Source of the DNA: Candidatus Poribacteria bacterium
GTDB lineage: Bacteria > Poribacteria > WGA-4E > PCPOR2b
Length of the DNA: 64,000 nucleotides
Direction: 5' to 3'
Assembly (NCBI GenBank): GCA_965218095.1
Contig: OZ244587.1
Coordinates: 928,001 to 992,000 of the forward strand
Part shown: positions 20,301-30,600 of the stretch, piece by piece
Layout: each line of letters begins with the position of its first letter
How positions within the stretch are numbered: position 1 is the first letter of the stretch
The notes under the pieces: generated by a model
Database searches by the model: none
The model's input: the letters and a program-made list of their open reading frames with translations, nothing else
Told to the model about the DNA's origin: nothing
Made by a program: the position numbers and the translations under genes

Positions 20301-23300
20301 CCTGATAATTTCCAATCTTCAGTCCTCAATCTTCAATCTTCGATCTCTAATTTTCAATTGGCTTCTCTGGATGAATTCTTTCCCCAAATCTCTCAGCTTG
20401 GGGGGCGTTTTGATCTCAAAGCACAGATTACAGGTGACCTGTCTCAGCCGGAGTTAATCGCCTCGATTCATGTGGCTCAAGGAACGATGCAACTCCTGGA
20501 TTTCCCACAACCGGTTGAGAGTTTGGAAGTCAACCTCCAGGTGTCGGGCGGGCAGAAGTCGTCACCTGAGTTAGTCACAATCGATCTGAAATTGGCTGAT
20601 TGGCAGCTTGGGGGTGGGCAGTATCATGCACAGGGGGATTGGCGTTTACCCAAAACAGAAGATTCTCTCCTCCGATCCAGAGATCGGAGTCTCGGACTCT
20701 CAGTTTACCGGAGGGGAGTTAGTGGAGGTCGATTGTCCCCCGCGAAGGGAGATTTCCCTAACCCTTCCTCAGATAAGCGGGGGAATCAGCCGGAAGCCTC
20801 ATTGCGCTCAATTCTTGATGCTCTGGAAGATAACGATTCCGTTGCGTTTCGGCTTCAACTTGATGGCACGGACGTGAATCTCATAGGGCTGGTGGACTAC
20901 GTAATGGGGCGAGATATTCCCAATATTGAGGGCAGAGTCGATATGACGCTTGAGCTCCAGGGGAGCGGTTACCGTCCGGATTTGGTGTCCGCAGCCCTTG
21001 TGTGTGATGATTTGCATATCAACATCAAGGATCGCGAGGTGCAGAATCTGGATGAAATCCACTTCCGTTTTGCAGATGGGGAGCTCAAGGTCGAACCACT
21101 TCAGATTGGAGGAGAAGACACAACCTGGCTCAATGCCGCAGGAACTATCGATGTCGATGGCAATATGGATTTTCTCCTGGAATTCGATCGTCTGCCATAC
21201 GCTGTGCTGATACCGGCAGTTACACTGACGCTCTTCGATCAATCCCTCCTTCAGTTGGACGGTAATCTAACCAGTCAGATTCAGGTGCAGGGTAATCTCG
21301 CGCATCCGATCATCATGGCAAAGTGGGAATCAGACGGTCGCCTTGGAAATGCCAAACTCAAGGATGTTGGATATGCAAACTATCAAGAGAGATTGCTTGT
21401 GGTGCGGAACACACAACGGATTGCTGGCGTAAGCAATTATTTAGATGTGTCCGGCAGAATTCCGATTAATCTTGCCTTTCAACCGCTAAATCTTCCGGAT
21501 CGATTTTTGAATCTACCTATTGACTTGCGAATGCGTGGTCAGCGCATCCCCCTGACCCCCCTTGCTTTGCTGTTTTACCCCTTGATTGAGGAGGCCATCG
21601 GTACTGCCGACATAGATCTTAAAATACAGGGGACAACAGCTTCGCCTTACCCGCAAGGGAAACTGTCCGTTTGGGATGGTATGCTGAAACCAACCGGTTT
21701 TGATACGCCCATTTCACAGGGGAGGATTGAATTGGTGGCGGACAGAGGAGAAATTCGCATCCCAAAACTCAGTTTTCAGATCGGCCAGGGGAAGTATGAC
21801 GCTGAAGTCAAATTGCGGATGAATGGACTTACCGCAACACATTTCGAGGTAAGTCGGTTCAAGGTCAACAAAGCAAGAATTTCTGACTTTGCTCGCGACC
21901 TCTCAACGGCGGAAACTACCTCTGATCCCGATATGTCCCGATGGGCTTGGGATTCAAAACAACCCCGACGGATCGGGGCAGAACCCGCCCCGATTCATCG
22001 GGGCTCTTCGGCAACTCAATCTGGGGATTTGAATGGATATATTACGGCGGAAGCCAGTTTGAACATCCCGGTAGATCAGTTTATCATCCCCGGTGAAACC
22101 GCATGGGCTCCCAAACTGATTACTCCATTCAATCCACCAAATGTGATTAAGTATGTAACGGGCAAGTTAAATATTCAGAATATCCTGGTGGAGGGCTTAG
22201 GCTACCAGATCCGGAACCCCAGATCGATTGAAATTCAACTTGCAAACCAGAGATTAAGCCTGAAAGATGGATTTATCTTAGAAGATCAGAAGCTAGCAGT
22301 AGACGATGCAAAGCGCCTTCGAGTGGCAGGCTTCGGAAGCTGGGAGCTTGGCAAAAAGTTGCTCTTTCACATCGGAATGAGAAATTTCGATCTCGGCTTT
22401 ATTTCAGGCTTCCTTCCGGATGCTTATGCCGTTCGTGGTTTTCTTAACGCATCGCTCGATATACGGGGGACGGATGCAGAACCGAAAATCGATTTCACGT
22501 GGGAAACTCCAGAACTATGGATTAACCAAGCGGAGGTCGATCAGTTTACCGGTAGTGTGGTGTATGAAGGTCGGAAGATACGGTTCGGTGGAAAACAAAA
22601 CAGTGAGGCGCGTTTTTCCATTGGAAGAAATCGTGCCAGTCTGTCCGGGCTGATTCCATTTCACTTGTCTCTGCTCGACCTCAAAGCTGAATCACTATCA
22701 CAGGATACTGAGGAAAAATCAGAGAAGATTGAAGGGAGATTAGATATAGTAATCGAAAATTTAGACTTCCTACCGCTCATTATACCCCAATTCGCCTTTT
22801 CGAACGGCGCCGGCGGAATTAATGTAACCCTTGGCGGTCAGATTCACTCACCGAAGCTCAAAGGGTTCGCAGATCTGAAAGACCTCGCCTTCGAGTTGCC
22901 AGATTCGCACATCAAGGTGGAGGATGCCAGTGTGAATCTTGATTTTACAAACAACAACGTGAATATTCAGCGCATCGAAGGGATTTTGAATGGTGGAACA
23001 TTCGATATCCACGGTGCGATACAATCCAATTGGCTAAATGTACAGCGTATGGATGTTTTCGCCAAATTGAGCGGTGGTACTACTTTTGAACAAACCGGTC
23101 TTTACTGGGTCAGGTGTCAGAAAGTTGATTTGGAGATGAAGGGTCCTGTCACGACAAATGGAAGTCTAAACCTCCCACCATTAAGCGGCTCAATCCGTAT
23201 TGATGAAGGACGATACGAGCAACACTGGAAGCAGTTGGTCGAAAGCTGGATTGATAAAGAAGCGGAGGTGCAGTTTGAAGTATGGTTCGATTACCCGGTC

Positions 23301-24107
23301 GTGCGCGATCTCCAGTTAGATCTTGATATCGTTGCCCCTAATAATCTCTGGGTGGAATCTAATTTGGGGAAAATCAAAGTCGAAGCATCGGTCAATGGTA
23401 AGATCGTTGGTCCGGTTCAAAACCCCGTTTTCAATGGGCGCGTCGAACTATTGGAGGGCGAACTTTCCCTCTTTGCCATCGACCACCAATTTGAGATTAA
23501 GGGCGGGTCGTACATAGAAAACAAGGATTCAATCGAATTTAACCCATGGTACGATATTACTGCTGAGACGGTTGAGCCAATACGGAATGTCAAGATTCCC
23601 AACACAGATGGGCAGATCCGCACAAAAGATCTAAAAATGACAGTGCACTTAAGTGGCTACCTTAACGGTAAGCATAGTCTAAAGCTTCAGGAGGAAGTTC
23701 TCAGAAAGGAAGCCGGCGAAGAGTATCAATTGACCCCGAGCCAGCTCCTTTCCATTTTAACATTAGGTGGCACAGATCCGTTTGCCTCTGAATCGTCGTC
23801 CGCAAGTGCGACCTCAGACATCTTCCTTCGACAGTCACAGCGATATCTCGGCAGTCGGCTCGCGAAAGTTACGGGGTTGAGTGAAACCCATCTCGACCTG
23901 AGCCCTGATGATTTTGAAAAGTCCCGATTTATCTTGACGAAAGAACTTTCTAAACGCCTCGCGCTGACTTATTCCTCTACCTTCCAACTGCACACTGAGC
24001 CTCGAATTGAAGTTGAATATCAGATTAGCCGGCATTTTGCCGTCAAAGCGGAAAGGAATGAGCAGGGGAAATACGGCATAGATCTTAAGCTGGAGCAGAG
24101 GTTTTAG
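17322..24107 (+). CDS. tamB: TamB/AsmA-like translocation-assembly protein (DUF490-like C-terminus), 2261 aa
   Basis: N-terminal TM anchor, long beta-rich body, C-terminal KELSKRLALTYS...VEYQIS...GIDLKLEQRF; next to an Omp85 gene. Confidence 0.8.
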   Translation: MKKRNALLILVTIILIALIIGGFFFLRSSYLLNQTRLVLETQLEKQLKHPVTIGHISGNMLTGLNIEQFEISDSFAENPALISLDEIAVKYRLWSLLRGKFLITRLDLKAPQVNARIDSDGNLNLAKLIPKEGTESSGKLPVQPLISDISVENGAINFDDVKRAFKIAISGIHSHSRIDGPLAGWKHIGSLEVRDGRFELNGVETQIDEFKTEFELQENEGALQSFRLALGNSLLTVAGKATNLSKQSPLVETQVQLTLDFHDVQKILSTQEEIEGVAEVNVEASGTISEIVGQLGFKLPFVQLNNLQLENLIVQAEFTPKSFRITQIDGTLASGKLTGGAEININPEGVDSQNLAYKGWLQLASLRAEQLLPMIIDLPEDFLVVKGRVDGKIQFSGSSSDPHDIELDGNLKLTDAALNDVPIRVSGAHYMIDDDRLSLTANLDEAQIELNGKLGLASQHDLDLRITSIDVGKLAQILRIPDLAGDGIFTGKSTSEVLLSAHLNIPEATLFDVPIGVLTADFHYADDRVFLHPVRLIKGESELIIEGVAWPEGDVPVELTARMQPFQIADYVRLAGADYPIEGVATGTLVLDGTLGCLDGRGTLQIVNGKAWDLALDPLTLPLEIEDYVVKISDFELLTRGQRGILTAQINADLDYEIEFQSEPMRLGEIALARRMTDFQLDAELVVKANGKANANDPRVNLSADISSITYAGKPLADVYITGAFMNNALNFEGAGFDDTCQIRGVLESAAGSPYQIAVDGTGVDVLPFLRIFDDALGDYITGTADGNLDAAGALEDPTQFKLKMSLSRLALGINEQQLINPSPINLNFADNLWQIQSFALADRRDLRPFLNASGAFRVEPAKGSPSLEGLELSVYRREVSRRRQMDELRNTLDFTVESDGFALEYLADVLALPPVISGTASYKLTGSGRFDNPQLALDWAIPNLSLETPVGPIAVSEAEGQLVYQDGSLTINLFDFLLLGNPVGVQGDVQVAPDNFQSSVLNLQSSISNFQLASLDEFFPQISQLGGRFDLKAQITGDLSQPELIASIHVAQGTMQLLDFPQPVESLEVNLQVSGGQKSSPELVTIDLKLADWQLGGGQYHAQGDWRLPKTEDSLLRSRDRSLGLSVYRRGVSGGRLSPAKGDFPNPSSDKRGNQPEASLRSILDALEDNDSVAFRLQLDGTDVNLIGLVDYVMGRDIPNIEGRVDMTLELQGSGYRPDLVSAALVCDDLHINIKDREVQNLDEIHFRFADGELKVEPLQIGGEDTTWLNAAGTIDVDGNMDFLLEFDRLPYAVLIPAVTLTLFDQSLLQLDGNLTSQIQVQGNLAHPIIMAKWESDGRLGNAKLKDVGYANYQERLLVVRNTQRIAGVSNYLDVSGRIPINLAFQPLNLPDRFLNLPIDLRMRGQRIPLTPLALLFYPLIEEAIGTADIDLKIQGTTASPYPQGKLSVWDGMLKPTGFDTPISQGRIELVADRGEIRIPKLSFQIGQGKYDAEVKLRMNGLTATHFEVSRFKVNKARISDFARDLSTAETTSDPDMSRWAWDSKQPRRIGAEPAPIHRGSSATQSGDLNGYITAEASLNIPVDQFIIPGETAWAPKLITPFNPPNVIKYVTGKLNIQNILVEGLGYQIRNPRSIEIQLANQRLSLKDGFILEDQKLAVDDAKRLRVAGFGSWELGKKLLFHIGMRNFDLGFISGFLPDAYAVRGFLNASLDIRGTDAEPKIDFTWETPELWINQAEVDQFTGSVVYEGRKIRFGGKQNSEARFSIGRNRASLSGLIPFHLSLLDLKAESLSQDTEEKSEKIEGRLDIVIENLDFLPLIIPQFAFSNGAGGINVTLGGQIHSPKLKGFADLKDLAFELPDSHIKVEDASVNLDFTNNNVNIQRIEGILNGGTFDIHGAIQSNWLNVQRMDVFAKLSGGTTFEQTGLYWVRCQKVDLEMKGPVTTNGSLNLPPLSGSIRIDEGRYEQHWKQLVESWIDKEAEVQFEVWFDYPVVRDLQLDLDIVAPNNLWVESNLGKIKVEASVNGKIVGPVQNPVFNGRVELLEGELSLFAIDHQFEIKGGSYIENKDSIEFNPWYDITAETVEPIRNVKIPNTDGQIRTKDLKMTVHLSGYLNGKHSLKLQEEVLRKEAGEEYQLTPSQLLSILTLGGTDPFASESSSASATSDIFLRQSQRYLGSRLAKVTGLSETHLDLSPDDFEKSRFILTKELSKRLALTYSSTFQLHTEPRIEVEYQISRHFAVKAERNEQGKYGIDLKLEQRF

Positions 24108-24171
24108 CAAATTGGCGCAGGAAGGATGGAAGGGACAAAAAGGAAGAATGGAATGAACGGGAGGGACTTGA

Positions 24172-26913
24172 ATGCAATACGCATTACGTTTCACGTTTCA
24201 TCTGCTGCTCATCAGCTTAATGATTGCGCTCAAGTCCGTTTGGGGACAACCTGAAGATGCCGCTATTGTTGAAATTCATTACAGTCTGAACGGTGAAATC
24301 ATCAATGCGTCTCCACTGCTCACCGATTTGCAGCGCAAGACGACAATTCAAGCTGGAAATCCAGTTTCCCGTTATTATATCCGCAAAAGCATCGAAGCGA
24401 TTTATGCAATCGGTCACTTTTCTCAGGTCAAAGCGGTTGTGACTCCTGCGCAGGATGGCGTACTATTGAGGTTCCGGCTCACAAGCAAAACACGAGTCGG
24501 AGAGATTGGGTTTACAGAGACCCGCCTAGATAAAGATCTATTCCTTGAAGTGATAAAATCTCGTCCGGGGAAGGAATATTCCGTCGAGATAGCAAAGGAA
24601 GATCAACAAAGAATTCTCGATTTGTACAAAGATTACGGATATTTTCAGGCGGCAGTTGGCCTGATTCCCTCTTCTGATTCAACGCCTAGTGGTAGAGTAG
24701 ATCTGCTATACGACATCAGCGAGGGGGACCGGGCCCATATTCAAGAAATCCAATTTGAAGGCGTGAAGTCAATCGAAGAGAAAAGGCTGGAGAAGGACAT
24801 CAGAAGCAAAAAGGGTAATGTCTACCAAAAGCAATCGGTTGATGACGATACTAGCCGCATTCGAGACATATACCGAAAAAATGGGTATCTAACCGTAAAG
24901 GTTGAATCTCGCTTGAATTATGATGATGAATCTGGGGCTGTTTCTCTGCTCTACAAAATTATTGAAGGGAAAAAAGTCAATGTCGAATTTGTTGGTGACG
25001 GTATTGATAGATCAGCGATTGAGAAAAAGCTAATCTTGTTCAAAAAGGACAGCTATTCAGACATGATCCTTAGCAGCACAGCCGGACAGATTCGTCGAAT
25101 CTATCAACAGAAGGGGTATTACGATCCGGAAGTGAACTACCAGATCGAACGGGAATCGAATTGGGAGGTTGTCATCCGTTTCGATATTGAGTTAGGTGAA
25201 GCCCCGCGTATTCGCCGCATCAATTTCGAGGGGAACCAAGCGTTTGATAATTCGGTACTCCTGGATCAAATGGAAACCCAACCTCGCAGTCGATTAATTA
25301 TCCCCGGATTCGGGTGGCTATTTTCTAAGGGTGTTTTCAACCCGGCGACTTATGACACGGATCGGCGTGCGTTGGAACTCTTTTATAAAAAAGCGGGCTA
25401 CCCGGAAGTCCAGATCACCACAGGCAAAGAGATTGACAAAGAGGATCAGCTCATTTTATACATAAAGATCGATGAAGGCAGACGGCAACTCATAGATCGT
25501 GTTTTAATCGAGGGTGCCACAATCTTTGAAACGAGCCAGCTATATGCAAAGCTCGCAGCGAAACCGGGAACGTCTTACAGCAAAAATATTGTCGGTCATG
25601 ATCAGCGTGAGTTCCAATCCCATTATGACCGAGAGGGATATATCTACACAAGTATTGAACCCCACTACCAGCAGGAAATACGCACGCTTACATATCGGAT
25701 TTCCGAGGGGGCGCAAGCCAGGTTCGGCAAATTCTGTTTCGATGGAGATAGGCGAATTAAACTCCATGTGCTGCGGCGAGAATTTGAAAGCCTCGGTCTA
25801 CGCGAAGGGGCGGTATTTAACCATGACAAGCTGTTTGTTGAATCCCGACAGCGTCTGTTGACCTCCGGACTTTTTCGAGCAATCGAGATAAAGGCGCCGG
25901 GGCGACTCGTTAAGGATACGGAGATTATCGACGTCGATGTGAGCGCTGAGGTTAGAAAACCAGGGTCAATTAGCGTGAGTGGAGGATATATTTCTTCTGA
26001 AGGAATTCGCGGCACGGTTGGTATCACCCATAACAACTTATTCAAGCGTAACATGAGAGCCGGTGGAAAAATCAGCAGAGGTACAAGAGGAAATCTCTAT
26101 GAGGTGACCCTGATTGAACCGTGGCTCAATCTGCCGCTCATTGGACATACCATCGGAACTTTTCGCTTGTTTAACGATAATCTGGAGGAACACGAAGATA
26201 TACGCGCACGCGGTGGAACAGCGAACCTTGCCAAACGGCTTGGACAATTTAGCAATCTTGCGATACAGTACAAATATCAAGATCTGCGCGACCGTGCTGA
26301 CCCTCCTAAAATCCAGACAACGGTAAGCAGTCTCGGTCTTGAGATTCATCGAGACAACCGCGATCACTTTCTCAACCCGAAGAACGGCTGGCTCAATGAA
26401 GGTGCGATAGAGTATGCGGGTGGATTTCTCAAAGGGGAAACCAGTTTTTTCAAATTTACAACAGACCATCGCTATTATTGGCAGTTCTGGGGGGATACTG
26501 TCCTTACCGGTGCAATTCGCTTCGGCTATGAAAGAGGACTCAGAGGAAACCGTGATGAGGATATTATCTCCTTTGAACGTTTCTATGCCGGTGGATCGAC
26601 AACAGTCAGAGGGTATGAGGAGAGGGGGCTGGGGCCTGAGGATGAATTCGGAAATAATCGAGGGGATGTGGTATTTATTTTCAATACCGAATTACGCTTT
26701 CCAATCTATAAGTTCATCGGTAGTGTCATGTTTTTCGACACAGGAAACGTCTGGAATGAACTCTCGGATATTGATGATGCTTTACCCCAATCGGCAGTGG
26801 GCTTGGGAGTGCGTTTAGATACACCTTTAGGACCCGCCCGTTTTGACGTTGGCGCGCCGCTAACAGGGAAATTTAAGCCCCGGTTTTATCTTCAGCTAGG
26901 TCAGGCATTTTAG
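24172..26913 (+). CDS. Omp85 family (BamA/TamA-like) outer-membrane protein with multiple POTRA domains
   Basis: POTRA motifs (LYKDYGYF, IYRKNGYL, FEGNQAF); barrel FYAGGSTTVRGY, ELRFPI, TPLGPARFD; C-terminal F. Confidence 0.92.
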   Translation: MQYALRFTFHLLLISLMIALKSVWGQPEDAAIVEIHYSLNGEIINASPLLTDLQRKTTIQAGNPVSRYYIRKSIEAIYAIGHFSQVKAVVTPAQDGVLLRFRLTSKTRVGEIGFTETRLDKDLFLEVIKSRPGKEYSVEIAKEDQQRILDLYKDYGYFQAAVGLIPSSDSTPSGRVDLLYDISEGDRAHIQEIQFEGVKSIEEKRLEKDIRSKKGNVYQKQSVDDDTSRIRDIYRKNGYLTVKVESRLNYDDESGAVSLLYKIIEGKKVNVEFVGDGIDRSAIEKKLILFKKDSYSDMILSSTAGQIRRIYQQKGYYDPEVNYQIERESNWEVVIRFDIELGEAPRIRRINFEGNQAFDNSVLLDQMETQPRSRLIIPGFGWLFSKGVFNPATYDTDRRALELFYKKAGYPEVQITTGKEIDKEDQLILYIKIDEGRRQLIDRVLIEGATIFETSQLYAKLAAKPGTSYSKNIVGHDQREFQSHYDREGYIYTSIEPHYQQEIRTLTYRISEGAQARFGKFCFDGDRRIKLHVLRREFESLGLREGAVFNHDKLFVESRQRLLTSGLFRAIEIKAPGRLVKDTEIIDVDVSAEVRKPGSISVSGGYISSEGIRGTVGITHNNLFKRNMRAGGKISRGTRGNLYEVTLIEPWLNLPLIGHTIGTFRLFNDNLEEHEDIRARGGTANLAKRLGQFSNLAIQYKYQDLRDRADPPKIQTTVSSLGLEIHRDNRDHFLNPKNGWLNEGAIEYAGGFLKGETSFFKFTTDHRYYWQFWGDTVLTGAIRFGYERGLRGNRDEDIISFERFYAGGSTTVRGYEERGLGPEDEFGNNRGDVVFIFNTELRFPIYKFIGSVMFFDTGNVWNELSDIDDALPQSAVGLGVRLDTPLGPARFDVGAPLTGKFKPRFYLQLGQAF

Positions 26914-27031
26914 CGCCTATCTGCGTCTACGAGGTGTCTTTGAAGGGGGTAACCTTGTCTTTTCAAAGGCGCTTTTTCTGTTTGTTGTTATGAGATTGGA
27001 AAAGAGGTCAAGAGCAATGGATAAGGATGTC

Positions 27032-27493
27032 ATGCAGAATCGGTTGTCACATAAGGAATCGGGTAAGTGCTTGTTAGTGGCGTTCCGATCCCGACTGACA
27101 CTTGCGCTCGTCAATGAATGCTCCGGTGACAAGTTTCAGATGGGTGACAGACGCTACCGAGACAAGGGCTATGGAGACTGGACAGGCTTTTACGATTGGC
27201 TCAAGGATTCCGATGGAAAGATTCTTGGCGTGCGATACTGGCCCTTTAGAGAAATTCATCTCCCGATTAAGAAACTATTTCAACTTCCTTATGTCGTTGT
27301 GGCAAAAGACAGGTCCTATATAGAGATCTACTTTTCAAACGATCACCAGGTAGATGCCCAATGTTCAGACGACCAGGACTTCGGTGCTAACAAGGTCTTC
27401 TTGACTGATCAGAGTGAGTTGGCTATCTCCTTCAGAAGACCCAGGCTGAACATTCAAAATCTATCAGCAACCTTGAAGGTGATTCCAAAGTGA
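27032..27493 (+). CDS. Hypothetical protein (start uncertain)
   Basis: Globular-looking aromatic-rich ORF (WTGFYDWL...GVRYWPF); no recognised motif. Confidence 0.5.
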   Translation: MQNRLSHKESGKCLLVAFRSRLTLALVNECSGDKFQMGDRRYRDKGYGDWTGFYDWLKDSDGKILGVRYWPFREIHLPIKKLFQLPYVVVAKDRSYIEIYFSNDHQVDAQCSDDQDFGANKVFLTDQSELAISFRRPRLNIQNLSATLKVIPK

Positions 27494-27615
27494 TTAAACA
27501 CGCGCTTGGTATAAAACCTTAGTTTTTGTCCTCGTATCATATCCGCCAATCCGAACTTTCACCCCATCAGTTTTACTTCCATATCTCACCTTTGAATGAT
27601 TCCCCGCTTAGCAAT

Positions 27616-30600
27616 TTAAGGTACAGGCGACTCCAAGATCAACAACCCCAAATCGCTCGGAAACACAGGCCCCGCCTCCGGCATCTGCTCCGCCCAGTAA
27701 ACTGCATGATCATCGGATCGGTGAATGACAAAGTTGAAGCCGATTCGGTTGTGCCGTTTGGTCTTCAGTGGATCGAATCCGCGAAGGACAGTGGCAAACG
27801 GGATGCGAGCCTCAATCGTATAGTAATCGGATCGCTGTCTCACCGCAACATTGAGATTCGCTGCTTGATAGTTCGGGATAAATTCCGGTGCGCCCTGTCC
27901 GATATAAGGTCGGTCACCCTGAAAACCTCCACCATTTGGACACATCCAGAATACATAACGGTGTGGATTGCTCTCCGCCTGCAAGTAGCTTGGCTTTTTG
28001 ACTGCGTCCGGTTGCAGATCGATGTGCAACTCCAGTGTATCTGCTCCGTGGTAGTATTCCAGTACATCTGGGACCACAACATTATCATCGTAGATCTGTG
28101 CGAGTAGATACAGGTAATCTCTGTCCCACTGTAACCAGAGGAGTCCCTCGTCTTGAGACGTTTCAAGTACATTTTCCAGGGGCCAACCGTCTTCATGTCC
28201 ATCGATGAGTACAGGACGGCTCGTATATGGCACCCAGGCAATCAAATTTGCACGGCAGTTGCTGCTGATCTCCACGTTGGTTTCGCCCGTGTCAATAAGG
28301 GCATCCTCATAAATCGCCGTGACGGTTTCCCCACCAATAAGTCCGAGAGAAGGTGAAATGCGAAACGCGCCATGTGATGCATCATCCGTATAGTGTGTTG
28401 TGTATTGTGTCTCGTGTGTTGCGGCCTTTGTCTCAACTTGTTGATTCGTTGATTCGTCGATTATCGTTCGCCCGTGCTGTGTTGAAAGCTCCCCTCGAAA
28501 AATGTGCGAATTCGTGCTCTCCTCATGCAGCGTGACCACCGTCTCCTGTGTTCCTGTTTTTACCCTTATGTCTGTCGATTCAATCATGAACGGATCAAGA
28601 TTCAAGTCTGCGTCTTCCAGCCGAAAGTAAAGTGTGGTTCCAACATTAAAATTCCGAACTGGCGTGCCGTCTTTCCGGATAATCACGAGATACCCACGAA
28701 CCCCTCTGTTGGTATACGCGCGATCTTCAACGACAGGATTGTTCACATTTGGAAAATTCGGCGTATAGGTTGCTCGGATCTCTTCGTCGCCTTGCACGTC
28801 AAGCGTCTCATCTGCGACCGGTGTCGTGCCGTATCGGGTTGGGACCGATCCGACAAAAACCCCTTCAGTCCCTGATTTTTTAGAAAGGGTGACCTCGACC
28901 CCATCCCGCGTTTTGTCGCCGGTGACGGTGATCTGGACTTCATCGGCTTCGACCACTGTGCTGAGAAGGAGATCCTCTAGCCAGAAGTAGATCGTTTCAC
29001 CCGCATTGAAGCTTCCCAATTCATGGGCAGACGCAAGCGCCCCCATTGTAGGGGCGGTGTTGAACCCCGTCCGAAGGGCGTCTTCATCAACAATCCGCAG
29101 CACGCCTGCACTACTGCCCAACACAACGGATTGGATCTGGAGCTGAACCCCTGTTTCCCCGGTTGTGGTAATTTCGTCGGTATATACGACGGTGATCACC
29201 TCTTTGTCTGTGACCTGCAGGATATGATCTGTGGCGAGTAGTGAGCGGTCACTGGTGACTGGTGACTCTCCTTTTTGGGTTTGTAAGTCGCCCTCAAAAA
29301 TCGCGCTGTTGGGCGATGTCTCACGCAAAATCATCTGAACTTCGTCAGCAATGACGTTTCCGAAGACAGTTACTTCTGCGCTGTCGGTCGCTGTTGGGTA
29401 TACATTCAGATCTTTATCCTGCAACCGAATCCTTAATTTTTCGCCGACATTGAAACTGCCGGCGCCAACAGAAAACCCGCTGATTATCTTGCGACTTTCT
29501 GCACTGTAGATTTCCAGTTTGCCGTTATCACCCGTTTCGACAGAGAGTTGTACCCGAATGGGCACCTGTGTCGCCCCCGTATCTTGCAGGGCATCGACAT
29601 AGGTGAACGTCACGATCCCTTCGCCCTGCACCTGTAAGATGTTATCGTTCGGAATTGGCGTGTCACCGTGGCTGGTTTTGACCTCACCACGAAAAATACC
29701 TGCGCTTCCCGTTACCTCAACCATCGTCACACGGATATTATCCCGAACTACGTCTTCGGTGAAATCGGTTTCAAACAATTGCGCCATTGCGTTTGTCGTG
29801 CTGAGGTCAGCATCCTGAATCTCCAAAATCAACGTGTCACCGGCTCGGACACGCGATATTTCGACGTTCCTGGCCGAAGCATAATCAAAATCCCGTTTAT
29901 TATGGACTTTGAGCGACCCTGCCGTGCCAACGTTCGCCTCACAGACATCCCAGATTTCAATATACGTTTCACCCGTTGATCGCAATTCGTCGACATAGGC
30001 TGCCCGTACCTGCTCGGCGCCTTGCACCTGTAGAATGCCATCATCTTCCTGCGGTTCCGTGCTGTAAGCCGTTTGGATCGAACCGAAGAAGGTACCATCC
30101 CCACCGGAGACACGGGGTTCTCCCCCTACAGATTGGAAAAGCTGCAGCGTTTCTTGATCGTTCAACGTCTTCCCAATGAGCGTAATTTCGACGGATTCAT
30201 CGACGATGTCCGCATCACGGAGGTGGAAGTAGAGTTTGTCGCCGGCGTTGAAGTTCTCCAAATCAGTGAGGTAGTTGGCTTTGACGATTTCAAGTCTCCC
30301 ATCTTTTCCGGATCTGACCTGTGCTTTGTCTATAACAGTGACCTGCGTTTCCCCAGAGCCCTGGAGCGCGTCAACATAACTGATTGTCACTATCTCTTTG
30401 CCTGTGACTTCAAGCATATCATTGGACGTGTCCGCGCCGGTCGCATATTGAGTTGCGCATGGCGCCATGAATTCCCCTGACGCTTCGGATGTCTCTTTGA
30501 GCGTGAGTTGATACCGATCGTTAAGTTGGTCGCCGCTCAAGGTAACACTGACAGTTTCCTGTCGATTATCATCGTGGTTCAGATCTGTGTCACGCAGGAG

